This document shows, piece after piece, positions 41,473 through 51,293 of a stretch of DNA of 64,000 bases. The notes beneath the pieces were generated by a model. That model was not told the origin of the DNA, did no database searches, and saw only the letters and a list, made by a program, of their open reading frames with translations. This DNA comes from Solirubrobacteraceae bacterium (GTDB lineage Bacteria; Actinomycetota; Thermoleophilia; Solirubrobacterales; Solirubrobacteraceae), in NCBI GenBank assembly GCA_035717845.1, contig DASTIC010000043.1:10641-74640 (forward strand), written 5' to 3'. The position numbers and the translations under genes were made by a program. The first letter of the stretch is position 1; every line of letters begins with the position of its first letter.

Positions 41473-42108
41473 ATGAAGCTCTACGAGCACGCATCCTCCG
41501 GCAACTGCCTCAAGTGCCGCATCGTCCTCCGCCAGCTCGAGCTGCCGTACGAGTCGGTCAGCGTTGACCTCTTCCTCGGCGAGACCCGCACGGCCGAGCA
41601 CTTCGGCCGCAACCCTGACGGGCGGATCCCGGTGCTGGAGACCGACGACGGCGACATGATCCCCGAGTCGGCGGCCATCCTCCTGCACCTCGCCGAGGGC
41701 ACGCCGCTGCTGCCCGCGCCCGGGACGCTCGAGCGCGCCCGCGTGCATCAGTGGATGTTCTTCGAGCAGAACCGGATCGAGGCCGACCTCGCGGTGGCGC
41801 GCTTCATGAAGCTCGCCGGCCGGGACGCCACGCTGCCCGAGGCGTTCGCGCAGCGGCTCGAGCGCGGCCGCGACGCGCTCGCGGCGCTCGACCGCGGCCT
41901 CGCCGACGGCCGCCCGTTCGTGGCCGGCGACGGCTACACGGTCGCCGACGTCGCGCTCTACGGCTACGGCCACTGCGGCGCCGACGCCGGAGCCGACCCG
42001 CGCGAGCACCCGCACGTCGCGGCCTGGCTCGACCGCGTCGAGGCCACGCCGGGCTTCGTGAACGACCTCGAGCCGGTGCCGGACCACGTGGGCGAGCGCC
42101 CGCTCTGA
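41473..42108 (+). CDS. Glutathione S-transferase
   Basis: MKLYEHASSGNCLKCRIVLRQLELPYE...IPVLETDDGDMIPESAAILLHL is a thioredoxin-like GST N-domain, followed by a helical C-domain. Confidence 0.85.
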   Translation: MKLYEHASSGNCLKCRIVLRQLELPYESVSVDLFLGETRTAEHFGRNPDGRIPVLETDDGDMIPESAAILLHLAEGTPLLPAPGTLERARVHQWMFFEQNRIEADLAVARFMKLAGRDATLPEAFAQRLERGRDALAALDRGLADGRPFVAGDGYTVADVALYGYGHCGADAGADPREHPHVAAWLDRVEATPGFVNDLEPVPDHVGERPL

Positions 42109-42111
42109 CGT

Positions 42112-42375
42112 TCAGAACTCGATCACGCTGCGGATCCCGTCCCGGGCGTACATGAGCTCGAAGCCGCGGTTGACCCCGTCGAGCGTGAGGCGGTGCGAGA
42201 GACCGAGGTCACTCCCTCCCCCACCCGCCCCGGAGGCCGTGTAGAGGTCGGTGTGGCACACGCCGCACGCCACCAGACGCACGAGCACCTCGCCGGGCCG
42301 CGGGTCCGCCAGCTCGACCTCCTGGACGACCAGCGGCGCGCCGAAGGCCTCCAGGACCGCGGCGCGCATCCTCAT
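42112..42375 (-). pseudogene. Remnant of a Zn-dependent alcohol dehydrogenase (in-frame internal deletion)
   Basis: MRMRAAVLEAFGAPLVVQEVELADPRPGEVLVRLVACGVCHTDLYTASGA is the ADH N-terminus with its catalytic Cys/His context. It is joined directly to ...LSHRLTLDGVNRGFELMYARDGIRSVIEF, the ADH C-terminus. About 270 aa, including the Rossmann fold, are absent. Confidence 0.65.
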
Positions 42376-42412
42376 CGCTCTCCTCCTCGTTGCGTCATGG
42401 GAGCGCCAGGCT

Positions 42413-44191
42413 ATGGCAGCATCGCGGCCCATGAGCGCGAACTCCCTGGGACGGATGGTGCTGGACGCGACCGAGCGGCACGGCGGAGCGGCGATCCGCT
42501 TCCCGCGCGACGGCACGTGGCACGAGTGGTCGTTCGCCGAGGTCGGGACCGCGGTGCGCGAGCTGGCGCGCGGGTTCGCGGCGCTCGGGATCGAGCCCGG
42601 CGACCGCGTCGCGCTGCTCGGCGAGACCCGCGCGGAGTGGACGCTGGCCGACGCCGCGCTGCTCGCCGCCGGCTGCGTGGTCGTGCCCGTCTACCACACG
42701 AACTCGCCCGAGGAGTGCCACTACGTCGTCGAGCACTCCGGCGCGCGGGCGATCGTCGTCGAGGACGCCGGGCAGCTCGAGAAGATCGAGGCAGTGCGCG
42801 ACCGGCTACCGGGGCTCGAGCACATCGTGAGCATGGAGGACACCGGCCGCACGGCGACGGTCGCGGACCTCCGGGGGCGGGCGGGCGAGGTGCCGGCCGA
42901 GCAGCTCGAGGCCCGCCTGGAGGACGTCGGGCCCGACGACGTGGCCACCATCGTCTACACGTCGGGCACGACCGGACCGCCGAAGGGCTGCGCGCTCACG
43001 CACCGCAACGTGCTCTTCACGATGGAGGCGTACGTCGACCGCGTCCATCTGCGGCCCCCGGCGACGCTGTTCATGTTCCTGCCGCTCGCGCACGCGCTCG
43101 CGCGCGTGGTGCAGATGGTGTCGCTCGACGTGGGCGGCACGCTGGCGTTCTGGAGCGGCGACTCGCGCAAGCTGGTCGAGGACGTGGCGGCCGCGCGGCC
43201 GACACATTTCCCGTCCGTCCCGCGCGTGTTCGAGAAGATCCACGCCCGCGCGCTCGCGCGCGGCCACGAGGGCAGCGCCGTCAAGCAGCGCCTGTTCAAC
43301 TGGGCGGTGGCGACCGGCCGCAAGGCCCGGCCCGCCGCTCGCGAGGGACGGCTCTCGCCCGCGCTCAAGGCCCAGTACGCCCTCGCCGACCGGCTGGTGC
43401 TCTCCCGCATCCGCGACCTGTTCGGCGGGCGGCTCGAGCTGGCGCTGACCGGCGCGGCGCCGATCCCGCTCGAGGTGCTCGAGTTCCTCGACGCCTGCGG
43501 GATCACCGTGCTCGAGGGCTACGGCATGACGGAGACGTGCGCCGCCGCCACGCTCAACCTGCCGGAGTCGCCCCGCTACGGCACCGTCGGCCCGGCGCTC
43601 CCGGGCACGGCGGTCGAGATCGCCGAGGACGGCGAGATCCTGCTCGGCGGCCCGAACGTGTTCAAGGGCTCCCACCGCGACGAGGATGCGACGCGCGAGG
43701 TGTTCGAAGGCGAGCTGGTGAGGACCGGCGACCTCGGCGAGCTCGACTCCGCCGGCGCGCTGCGCATCACCGGCCGCAAGAAGGACCTCATCATCACCTC
43801 GAGCGGCAAGAACATAACGCCGACCAACATCGAGAACGCGCTGCGCGAGTCGCGCTGGGTCTCGCAGGCGATTGTCCACGGCGACAACCGCTCCTACCTC
43901 GTGGCCCTGCTCACGCTCGACGCCGACGAGGCGCCGGCGCTGGCCGCCGAGCTCGGCGTCGAGCCCGACATCCCCGGAATGGCCGCGAATCCCAAGGTGC
44001 GCGAGGTGCTCCAGCGCGACGTCGACGCCGCCAACGCGCGCTTCGCCCGGATCGAGCAGATCAAGCGGTTCGTCGTGCTCGACCAGGATCTCACGCAGGC
44101 GGCCGGCGAGCTGACCCCGACCATGAAGGTCAAGCGCAGCGTGGTCGAGAAGCGCTACGCCGCCGAGTTCGGCGCGCTGTACGACGGGTAG
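42413..44191 (+). CDS. Long-chain fatty-acid--CoA ligase (AMP-forming)
   Basis: IVYTSGTTGPPKG is the AMP-binding motif I, with GYGMTET and TGDLGELD...GRKKDLI also present. The start is ATG at 42413 or 42431. Confidence 0.88.
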   Translation: MAASRPMSANSLGRMVLDATERHGGAAIRFPRDGTWHEWSFAEVGTAVRELARGFAALGIEPGDRVALLGETRAEWTLADAALLAAGCVVVPVYHTNSPEECHYVVEHSGARAIVVEDAGQLEKIEAVRDRLPGLEHIVSMEDTGRTATVADLRGRAGEVPAEQLEARLEDVGPDDVATIVYTSGTTGPPKGCALTHRNVLFTMEAYVDRVHLRPPATLFMFLPLAHALARVVQMVSLDVGGTLAFWSGDSRKLVEDVAAARPTHFPSVPRVFEKIHARALARGHEGSAVKQRLFNWAVATGRKARPAAREGRLSPALKAQYALADRLVLSRIRDLFGGRLELALTGAAPIPLEVLEFLDACGITVLEGYGMTETCAAATLNLPESPRYGTVGPALPGTAVEIAEDGEILLGGPNVFKGSHRDEDATREVFEGELVRTGDLGELDSAGALRITGRKKDLIITSSGKNITPTNIENALRESRWVSQAIVHGDNRSYLVALLTLDADEAPALAAELGVEPDIPGMAANPKVREVLQRDVDAANARFARIEQIKRFVVLDQDLTQAAGELTPTMKVKRSVVEKRYAAEFGALYDG

Positions 44192-44201
44192 TCGGGTCTC
44201 C

Positions 44202-45167
44202 ATGCTCGCCGCCTACGCCGCCCGGCAGGACGCCGACGACCCGCTGGCCGCGCTCGAGCTCGGCGAGCGCCCCGACCCCGAAGCGCCCGACGGCTGGACC
44301 GTCGTGGAGGTCCGCGCTACGTCGCTCAACCACCACGACCTGTGGTCGCTGCGCGGCGTCGGCCTGCCGGAGGACCGGCTGCCGATGATCCTCGGCTGCG
44401 ACGCCGCCGGCGTGGACGAGGACGGCAACGAGGTGATCGTGCACTCGGTCGTCGCCTCGGACGGCTGGACCGGCGACGAGACCTTCGACCCCAAGCGCAC
44501 GCTGCTCTCCGAGCTGCACCAGGGCACGCTGGCCGAGCGGGTGGCGGTGCCGCGCCGCAACCTCGTGCCCAAGCCCGAGACGCTCTCGTTCGAGGAGGGC
44601 GCCTGCCTGCCGACCGCCTGGCTGACCGCCTACCGGATGCTGTTCGTGCGCGGCGGCGTGCAGCCCGGACAGACCGTGCTCGTGCAGGGAGCCGGTGGCG
44701 GCGTGGCGAGCGCGCTGATCGCGCTCGGCCGGCAGGCGGGCATGCGCGTGTGGGTGACGAGCCGCGACGAGGCGAAGCGCGCGAAGGCGCTCGAGCTCGG
44801 CGCGCACGAGGCGTTCGAGACCGGCGCGCGGCTGCCGGAACGCGTCGACGCGGTGATGGAGACGGTCGGCGAGGCGACGTGGAAGCACTCGCTGCGCGCG
44901 CTCAAGCCGGGCGGCACGCTGGTCGTCTCGGGCTCCACGAGCGGCGGTGGCCCGCCCGCCGAGCTCCAGCGGGTGTTCTTCCTCCAGCTCAGCGTGATCG
45001 GCTCGACGATGGGCACGCGCGACGAGCTCGAGCGCGTCGCACGTCTGTGCGAGGCGACCGGCGTGCGGCCGCAGATCGACCGCGTGCTGCCGCTCGGCGA
45101 GGCGCGCGAGGGGTTCGCGGCGATGGCGGCGGGCGACGTCTTTGGCAAGATCGTCTTCCAGCCATGA
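44202..45167 (+). CDS. Medium-chain dehydrogenase/reductase (quinone oxidoreductase-like)
   Basis: VEVRATSLNHHDLWSLRG...VLVQGAGGGVASALIALG has a GxGxxG-type Rossmann motif. Confidence 0.85.
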   Translation: MLAAYAARQDADDPLAALELGERPDPEAPDGWTVVEVRATSLNHHDLWSLRGVGLPEDRLPMILGCDAAGVDEDGNEVIVHSVVASDGWTGDETFDPKRTLLSELHQGTLAERVAVPRRNLVPKPETLSFEEGACLPTAWLTAYRMLFVRGGVQPGQTVLVQGAGGGVASALIALGRQAGMRVWVTSRDEAKRAKALELGAHEAFETGARLPERVDAVMETVGEATWKHSLRALKPGGTLVVSGSTSGGGPPAELQRVFFLQLSVIGSTMGTRDELERVARLCEATGVRPQIDRVLPLGEAREGFAAMAAGDVFGKIVFQP

Positions 45168-45640
45168 CGTTCGCCGAGATCGACGCCTACAGCCTGTCCG
45201 TCTTCGTCCACGTCAGCGCGGTGGTGGTCGGCTTCGGCGCGACGTTCGCCGAGGCGATCATGTTCCCGGTGGCCATGAAGGCCGGCGTCCGGCACTTGCC
45301 GTACGTGCACAAGCTCCAGCTGGCCATCAACCAGCGGCTCGCCACCCCGGCGCTGGCCATCGTGATCCTCACCGGCCTCTACCAGACCTCCGAGCGGTGG
45401 GACTTCGGCGAGGCGTGGATCAGCGCGACGCTGGCGATCGTGGTCGTCGTCGGCGGGCTGCTCGGCGGCTACTTCATCCCCGCCGACCGCCGCCTCGGCG
45501 CGCAGGCCGAGCGCGAGCTGGCGCAGACCGGCGAGGTGTCCGAGGACTACCTGAGTCAGGCGCGGCGCGAGGGCATGATCGGCGCGCTCACCGGCGTGCT
45601 GCTGCTCGCGGCCGTGTTCCTCATGGTCACGAAGCCGTAA
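45164..45640 (+). CDS. Integral membrane protein (4 TM, DUF2269-like)
   Basis: 158 aa from the ATG that overlaps the preceding stop (ATGA). It has four hydrophobic helices. The family assignment is tentative. Confidence 0.55.
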   Translation: MTFAEIDAYSLSVFVHVSAVVVGFGATFAEAIMFPVAMKAGVRHLPYVHKLQLAINQRLATPALAIVILTGLYQTSERWDFGEAWISATLAIVVVVGGLLGGYFIPADRRLGAQAERELAQTGEVSEDYLSQARREGMIGALTGVLLLAAVFLMVTKP

Positions 45641-47096
45641 CGGCGTACTCGGCGGGATCGAGCCGGGCGGCGCGGCGGCGGAACCGCCACGTCCAGTCGG
45701 GCCACAGGGTCGAGTTGCGGCCGGTCCGATCGAGGTACCAGCTCGCGCAGCCGGTGTTCCAGACCGTGCCGCCGAGGCGGCGGTCGAGCGCGGCGTTGAA
45801 CCGCTCCTGGGCCTCGGGGCGCACCTCGATGGTGTCGGCCCCGCGCTCGGACATGAGCTCGAGCGCCCGCAACACGTGGGCGATCTGCGACTCGATCATG
45901 TAGACCATCGAGCTGTGGCCGAGGCCCGTGTTGGGGCCGAGCAGGAAGAACAGGTTGGGGAAGCCGGCGATCGTCGAGCCCAGGTACGCGTGGGGGCTTC
46001 CCTGCCAGAGGTCGGCCAGCGAGCGGCCGCCGCGCCCTCGGAACCGCTCGGCGGCCGGGTGGTCGGTCACGCGGAAGCCGGTGCCGAAGACGATCGCGTC
46101 GACCTCGCGCTCGACTCCGGCCGCGTCGACGACGGACCGCGGGCGCACCTCGACGATGTCCTCGGTGACCAGCTCGACGTTGGGCTGGGCGAGCGCCGGA
46201 TACCAGTCGCTGGACGGCAGCATGCGCTTGCAGCCGATCTCGTAGTCCGGCGTCACGCGCTCGCGCAGGGTCGGATCGGGGACCTGGCTCGCCATGTGCC
46301 GCCGCGCGCCCCACTCGACCACCTTCATCAGCGGCGGCCACTTGACCAGGCCGAGCACGAGCGCCTCGCGGCTCGCGTAGACGGTGGCGCGGGCGATGCG
46401 CTGGAGCACCGGCGCCCGCCGGTAGAGCCGGCGCTCGAGGCGGGAGATCCGCCGCGTCGTGTGCGGCAGGACCCATGGCGGCGTGCGCTGGAAGACGTGC
46501 AGGCGCTCGACCTGCGGCTGGATGGCGGGCACGTACTGGATCGCCGAGGCGCCCGTGCCGACCGAGGCGATCCGCTTGCCGTGGACGTCGAAGTCGTGGT
46601 CCCAGCGGGAAGAGTGGAACACCGCGCCCTCGAACCGCTCGAGGCCGGGCAGGTCGGGGATCCGGGGCTCGGCCAAGAAGCCGAGGCCGGCGATCACGAT
46701 CCGCGCACGCACGGTGCCCTCCGACGTCTCCAGCGCCCACGCGCGCTCGTCGTCGAGCCACGTGGCGTGCTCGACGGTGCAGTTCAGCCGCACGTGGTCC
46801 CGGACGCCGAATGCGGTGGCGCAGCGGCGCAGGTACTCCCAGATGTCCGGCTGCGTCGAGTAGGTCTCGGGCCAGTCGGGGTTGAGGGCGAACGAGAACG
46901 AGTACAGGTGCGACGGGATGTCGCACCGGCAGCCGGGATAGGTGTTGACCTGCCACGTGCCGCCGACGTCGTCCGCGCGCTCGAGGATCACGAAGTCCTC
47001 GTAACCGGCCTGCTTGAGCCGGATCGCCATCCCGATGCCGCTGAAGCCGCTGCCGATGACGGCGATGTCGGTGTTCACACAACCAGGTTTAGGCAT
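45627..47096 (-). CDS. Baeyer-Villiger-type flavin monooxygenase
   Basis: IAVIGSGFSGIG (FAD binding), FEGAVFHSSRW matching the FxGxxxHxxxW fingerprint, and VGTGASAIQ (NADP binding). The start is ATG at 47096, with an alternative GTG at 47078. Confidence 0.85.
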   Translation of the reverse strand: MPKPGCVNTDIAVIGSGFSGIGMAIRLKQAGYEDFVILERADDVGGTWQVNTYPGCRCDIPSHLYSFSFALNPDWPETYSTQPDIWEYLRRCATAFGVRDHVRLNCTVEHATWLDDERAWALETSEGTVRARIVIAGLGFLAEPRIPDLPGLERFEGAVFHSSRWDHDFDVHGKRIASVGTGASAIQYVPAIQPQVERLHVFQRTPPWVLPHTTRRISRLERRLYRRAPVLQRIARATVYASREALVLGLVKWPPLMKVVEWGARRHMASQVPDPTLRERVTPDYEIGCKRMLPSSDWYPALAQPNVELVTEDIVEVRPRSVVDAAGVEREVDAIVFGTGFRVTDHPAAERFRGRGGRSLADLWQGSPHAYLGSTIAGFPNLFFLLGPNTGLGHSSMVYMIESQIAHVLRALELMSERGADTIEVRPEAQERFNAALDRRLGGTVWNTGCASWYLDRTGRNSTLWPDWTWRFRRRAARLDPAEYAVTAS

Positions 47097-47111
47097 GCCA
47101 TAATCGTTTCC

Positions 47112-48140
47112 GTGGCCAGGCTGACTCGTCGCGGACTGCTCGCCGGTTCGGTGCCCGCCCTCGGCGGGGCGGCGCTCCTGCACGGCGCGGTCCCCCATAG
47201 TCATCCATGGGACGCGCAGGCGTCGCAGTCGGCCACCCACGCGGGCCACGCCGACGGCGGACACGCGGACTTCCGCGACGGCCGCACGGTCGACCATGCC
47301 GCGAACGGCTTCGACCCGCGGGAGGTCGCGCGCGACTTCGACTGGGGCACGACGACGCGGCTGGCCAGCGGTCGCGTGCTGCGCGAGTGGGAGCTGTACG
47401 CCGTCGACCGGGAGATCGAGGTCGCCCCCGGCGTGCGCTTCGCGGCCTGGACCTACAACCAGCGGATCCCGGGGCCGACGCTGCGCTGCCGCGAGGGCGA
47501 GCGGCTGCGGATCTCGTTCGTCAACGGCTCCCAGCACCCGCACACGATCCACTTCCACGGCATCCATCCCGCTGAGATGGACGGCGTGCCGGGCGTCGGC
47601 GCCGGGCAGATCCCGCCGCGGGAGCGGACGGTGTACGAGTTCGACGCGCTGCCCGCCGGCCTGCACCTCTACCACTGCCACGTCAGGCCGCTGGCCGAGC
47701 ACATCGCCAAGGGTCTGTACGGCGCGTTCATCGTCGATCCCGCCGACGGCCGCGAGGAGGCCGACGAGCTCGTGATGGTCATGAACGGGTTCGACACCAA
47801 CTTCGACCGCGCCAACGAGGTCTACGCGGCCAACACGATCCCGTTCGCGTACACGCACGAGCCGCTCGCCGTGCGGCGCGACGAGCTGGTGCGGATCTAC
47901 CTCGTCAACGTGCTCGAGTACGACCTCATCAACTCGTTCCACCTGCACGGGAATCTGTTCGACTACTTCCCGACGGGCACGTCGAAGACGCCGTCCGAGC
48001 TGACCGACACGGTGATGCTCTGCCAGGGCCAGCGGGGGATCCTCGAGTGGCGCTTCCAGCACCCGGGCAAGTTCATGTTCCACGCGCACCAGTCCGAGTT
48101 CACCGAGCTCGGCTGGCAGGGCTTCTTCGAGGTGTCCTGA
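47112..48140 (+). CDS. Two-domain multicopper oxidase with Tat signal
   Basis: ARLTRRGLLAGS is a twin-arginine signal. The copper motifs are HTIHFHG, LYHCHV, FHLHG and FMFHAHQ. GTG at 47112 is the only plausible start in frame. Confidence 0.8.
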   Translation: MARLTRRGLLAGSVPALGGAALLHGAVPHSHPWDAQASQSATHAGHADGGHADFRDGRTVDHAANGFDPREVARDFDWGTTTRLASGRVLREWELYAVDREIEVAPGVRFAAWTYNQRIPGPTLRCREGERLRISFVNGSQHPHTIHFHGIHPAEMDGVPGVGAGQIPPRERTVYEFDALPAGLHLYHCHVRPLAEHIAKGLYGAFIVDPADGREEADELVMVMNGFDTNFDRANEVYAANTIPFAYTHEPLAVRRDELVRIYLVNVLEYDLINSFHLHGNLFDYFPTGTSKTPSELTDTVMLCQGQRGILEWRFQHPGKFMFHAHQSEFTELGWQGFFEVS

Positions 48141-49321
48141 TGGAAGGGCGCACGGCAGCTCTCCCCGCGTCGCGCGTGCCGGTGTGGGCGCTCGGGCTGG
48201 TGCCGCTGATGCTGATCGTGGCCGCCGTGGCCGCGTTCGTGCTGCTCGACGGGCCGGGGCTGGGCGAGCGGCGCGGCCCGCCGGCCGAGGAGCTGGTGGT
48301 CGAGCGCACGGTGCTCGAGCCGGGGACGATCGAACTGACGGTGCGCAACGACGGGCCGGATGCGGTGACGATCGCGCAGGCCACGGTCAACGACGCGTTC
48401 GCGCAGTTCTCCGGCGCCGAGGACCCGGTGGGGCGGCTCGAGACCGCGACCGTGCGGGTGTCGCAGCCGTGGGTCGAGGGCGAGGCGTACGAGGTGGTGC
48501 TGCTGACGTCGTCCGGGGGGACGATCGCGCACGAGATCCCGGTGGCGGTCGAGACCCCGGCCGCGGACCTCTCCTTCTTCGGCCTGATGGCGCTGCTCGG
48601 TGTCTACGTCGGCGTCATCCCGGTTGCCCTGGGGATGCTCTGGCTGCCGTGGATCCGCAGCATCCCGCCGCGGTGGCTGCGGGCGGTGATGGCGCTCACG
48701 GTCGGGCTGCTCGCGTTCCTCGCCATCGACGCGACGCTCGAGGGGCTGGAGCTGGCCGGGGAGGGCTCGCAGGCGCTCGGGGGAGCGGGGCTCGTGCTGC
48801 TCGGGGGCGCGGTCGCGTTCCTGGGGCTGACCGGCGTGTCAGGGTGGCTGGCGGCGCGCCGCTCGACGGTGTCGGGCTCGTCGCTGGCGCTGCTCGTCGC
48901 GATCGGGATCGGGCTGCACAACCTCGGCGAGGGAGTGGCGATCGGGGCCGCCTACTCGGCCGGCGCGCTGGCCCTGGGCGCCTTCCTGGTGGTCGGGTTC
49001 GCGCTGCACAACACGACCGAGGGCCTCGCGATCGTGGCGCCCGTCGCCCGCATGACGCCGTCGCTGGGGCGGCTGGCGCTGCTCGGGCTGGTGGCCGGCG
49101 CACCGGCCGTGCTGGGGGCGTGGATCGGAGCCGCGGCCTTCAACGCGAGCGCCGCGGCGTTCCTGTTCGGCTTCGGGGCGGGCGCGATCGTCCAGGTGAT
49201 CGTGCAACTCGCGCCCACCCTGCGCGACGAGGGGGGCCGCACGCTGCACCCCGTCGCCGTGTCCGGCCTCCTGGCCGGCCTCGGCGTGATGTTCCTGACC
49301 GGCCTGCTGATCAGCGTGTGA
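48140..49321 (+). CDS. ZIP-family metal transporter with N-terminal extracytoplasmic beta-rich domain
   Basis: GLHNLGEGVAIG and LHNTTEGLAI are ZIP signatures. The ATG shares its A with the oxidase stop (TGATG). Confidence 0.8.
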   Translation: MEGRTAALPASRVPVWALGLVPLMLIVAAVAAFVLLDGPGLGERRGPPAEELVVERTVLEPGTIELTVRNDGPDAVTIAQATVNDAFAQFSGAEDPVGRLETATVRVSQPWVEGEAYEVVLLTSSGGTIAHEIPVAVETPAADLSFFGLMALLGVYVGVIPVALGMLWLPWIRSIPPRWLRAVMALTVGLLAFLAIDATLEGLELAGEGSQALGGAGLVLLGGAVAFLGLTGVSGWLAARRSTVSGSSLALLVAIGIGLHNLGEGVAIGAAYSAGALALGAFLVVGFALHNTTEGLAIVAPVARMTPSLGRLALLGLVAGAPAVLGAWIGAAAFNASAAAFLFGFGAGAIVQVIVQLAPTLRDEGGRTLHPVAVSGLLAGLGVMFLTGLLISV

Positions 49322-51236
49322 GTGCTCGTAGTGCCTCGGCGGCGCCCTGGAGGTCGTAGAGGCCGTCCACTGAGCTGACGGGTGTGCCGACCTGCTCGAC
49401 GGCGGCCATCACCTCGGAGGCGCCGACCCGCCCGTCGTTGCCCATCCCGCCCGCGGCGGAGGTGAGGACCCAGCGGATCCGCCCGTCCTCGACCGCGTCG
49501 GCGAGCCACCCGATGCTGACCTGGCTCTCGCGGCCGGAGAAGCCGCCGAGGGCCGCGACGTCGGCGCCCGACGTGATCAGCGAGCCGGCCGCGCCGGACT
49601 GGCTGGCGACCGCGATCGTGCCGCCGCCGTTGGCCTGGGCGTACTCGACCGCCGCGGACAGCGACGACGTGTCGCCGCCGAAGGAACCCGGCCCGCCCGC
49701 CCCGGCCATGCCGCCGGCCGGAGGCGCGAAGCCGGCGCCTCCCGCGCCGGGACCGCCGAAGCCGGTCGTCGCCGGGCCGCCGGCCGGGAACGTGCCGCTG
49801 GCCGCGTAGCCGGGGGTCTGGAGCGACCACGACGCGGGGGCGAGGAGCAGCGCGGTGACCGCGGCGGCCGCGACGATCGCGCGCCCGCGGGTGCCGAGGA
49901 CGTCGGCCGCGAGCAGCACGGCGACGCCGAAGCCCGCGGCCACGAGCAAGGTCGGCAGCCAGGCGAGGTCGGAGGTGCCGCGCAGGACGATCCACTCGGT
50001 GGCCACGCCCGCGAGCACGAACGCCGGGCCGAGCACGCGCGCGGTCAGACCGCCGCGCAGGATCACCCCGGCGCCGGCACCGACCAGCGCGGCGATCATC
50101 GGCGCGAGCTGGGAGACGTAGTACGGGTGGAATATGCCCTCGGCGCGGCTGAAGGCGACCGCCATGGTCAGGCCCGCGCCGCCGACCGCAAGCAGCCAGC
50201 CGGTGCGTGCGTCGGTGCGCCGCAGGCGTGTGATCGCGAGCACGCCGATCCCCGCCGCGACGGCCGCTCCCAGCAGCCAGCCGGCCTGGCCGCCGAGCGC
50301 CTCGTTGAGCAGTCGCATGGCGCCCGGCTCGCCGCCGAACACGCCGCCGGCGCCGCCGCCGGCGCCAGGCCCGACGCCGCCGCCCGGCCCGCCGTCCTGG
50401 CCGAAGAGCCGGCCGAGGCCGTTGTAGCCGAAGATCAGCGACCAGATGCTGTTGTCGCTGGTTCCCGACACCCACGGGCGGTCGGTGGCCGGGGTCAGCC
50501 AGATCAGGAGCGGCCACGCGAGACCCACCGCCGCCGTCGCCGCGCCGCCGGCCGCCAGGCCGCGGGCCGCAGCGGCCCGCCCGCGCGGCGCCACCCACAG
50601 CCAGGCGACCACCAGGGCCGGCACGACGAGTAGAGCCGCGGCCATCTTCGCCTCGAAGCCGAGGCCTACGGCGACGCCCGCCAGCACGATCCACCGCGTC
50701 CGCCCGTCCTCGAGCCCGCGCACGACGAACCACAGCGCGGCGGTGCAGCAGAGGACCAGCAGCGCGTCGGGGTTGTTGTGGCGCGCGATCGCGACGGTCA
50801 CCGGCGTCAGCACCAGAGCCAGGCCGGCGACGAAGCCGGCCGGGCGGCCGAACCGCCGGCGCGTCATGTCATAGGTCAGCGCGACGGTGCCGACGCCCAT
50901 CAGCGCTTGCGGCAGGAGCAGGCTCCACGAGCTGAAGCCGAACAGCCGCGCGGAAAGCGCCTGCACCCACAGGGCGAGCGGCGGCTTGTCCACCGTCATC
51001 ACGCCCGACGTGTCGAACGCGCCGTAGACGAACGCGTGCCAGCTCGTGGTCATCGAGCGCACAGCAGCGCTGTAGTACTCGTTGGCGAAGCCGTTCCGAT
51101 CGAGCGCCCACATGTAGAGCACGCCGGCCGCCACCAGCAGCACGGCGAGCTCGGGACGCGGAAGGGAGAGGGCCAGCGGCCGCAGGCGGTCGCGGCGTGC
51201 CGGGAGCGAGAGCGAAGAGGTCGTCATGGCGACCAC
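49311..51236 (-). CDS. Glycosyltransferase family 39 (ArnT/PMT-like) membrane protein
   Basis: The N-terminal polytopic region has FANEYYSAAVRSM...DKPPLALWVQALSARLFG. It also has Gly-rich linkers and a C-terminal soluble domain. Confidence 0.8.
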   Translation of the reverse strand: MVAMTTSSLSLPARRDRLRPLALSLPRPELAVLLVAAGVLYMWALDRNGFANEYYSAAVRSMTTSWHAFVYGAFDTSGVMTVDKPPLALWVQALSARLFGFSSWSLLLPQALMGVGTVALTYDMTRRRFGRPAGFVAGLALVLTPVTVAIARHNNPDALLVLCCTAALWFVVRGLEDGRTRWIVLAGVAVGLGFEAKMAAALLVVPALVVAWLWVAPRGRAAAARGLAAGGAATAAVGLAWPLLIWLTPATDRPWVSGTSDNSIWSLIFGYNGLGRLFGQDGGPGGGVGPGAGGGAGGVFGGEPGAMRLLNEALGGQAGWLLGAAVAAGIGVLAITRLRRTDARTGWLLAVGGAGLTMAVAFSRAEGIFHPYYVSQLAPMIAALVGAGAGVILRGGLTARVLGPAFVLAGVATEWIVLRGTSDLAWLPTLLVAAGFGVAVLLAADVLGTRGRAIVAAAAVTALLLAPASWSLQTPGYAASGTFPAGGPATTGFGGPGAGGAGFAPPAGGMAGAGGPGSFGGDTSSLSAAVEYAQANGGGTIAVASQSGAAGSLITSGADVAALGGFSGRESQVSIGWLADAVEDGRIRWVLTSAAGGMGNDGRVGASEVMAAVEQVGTPVSSVDGLYDLQGAAEALRALTR

Positions 51237-51293
51237 CTTCGGCGAAGCGCCCCAGAGCCGGCTGTGACGACCCTGGGAGTTCTCTGAGCCGCC

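Noticed and set aside
49670-50390. Gly/Pro/Ala-rich low-complexity stretches that might be tandem DNA repeats
   Set aside because: They lie in frame within the GT39 glycosyltransferase as flexible linkers. I could find no exact nucleotide periodicity.
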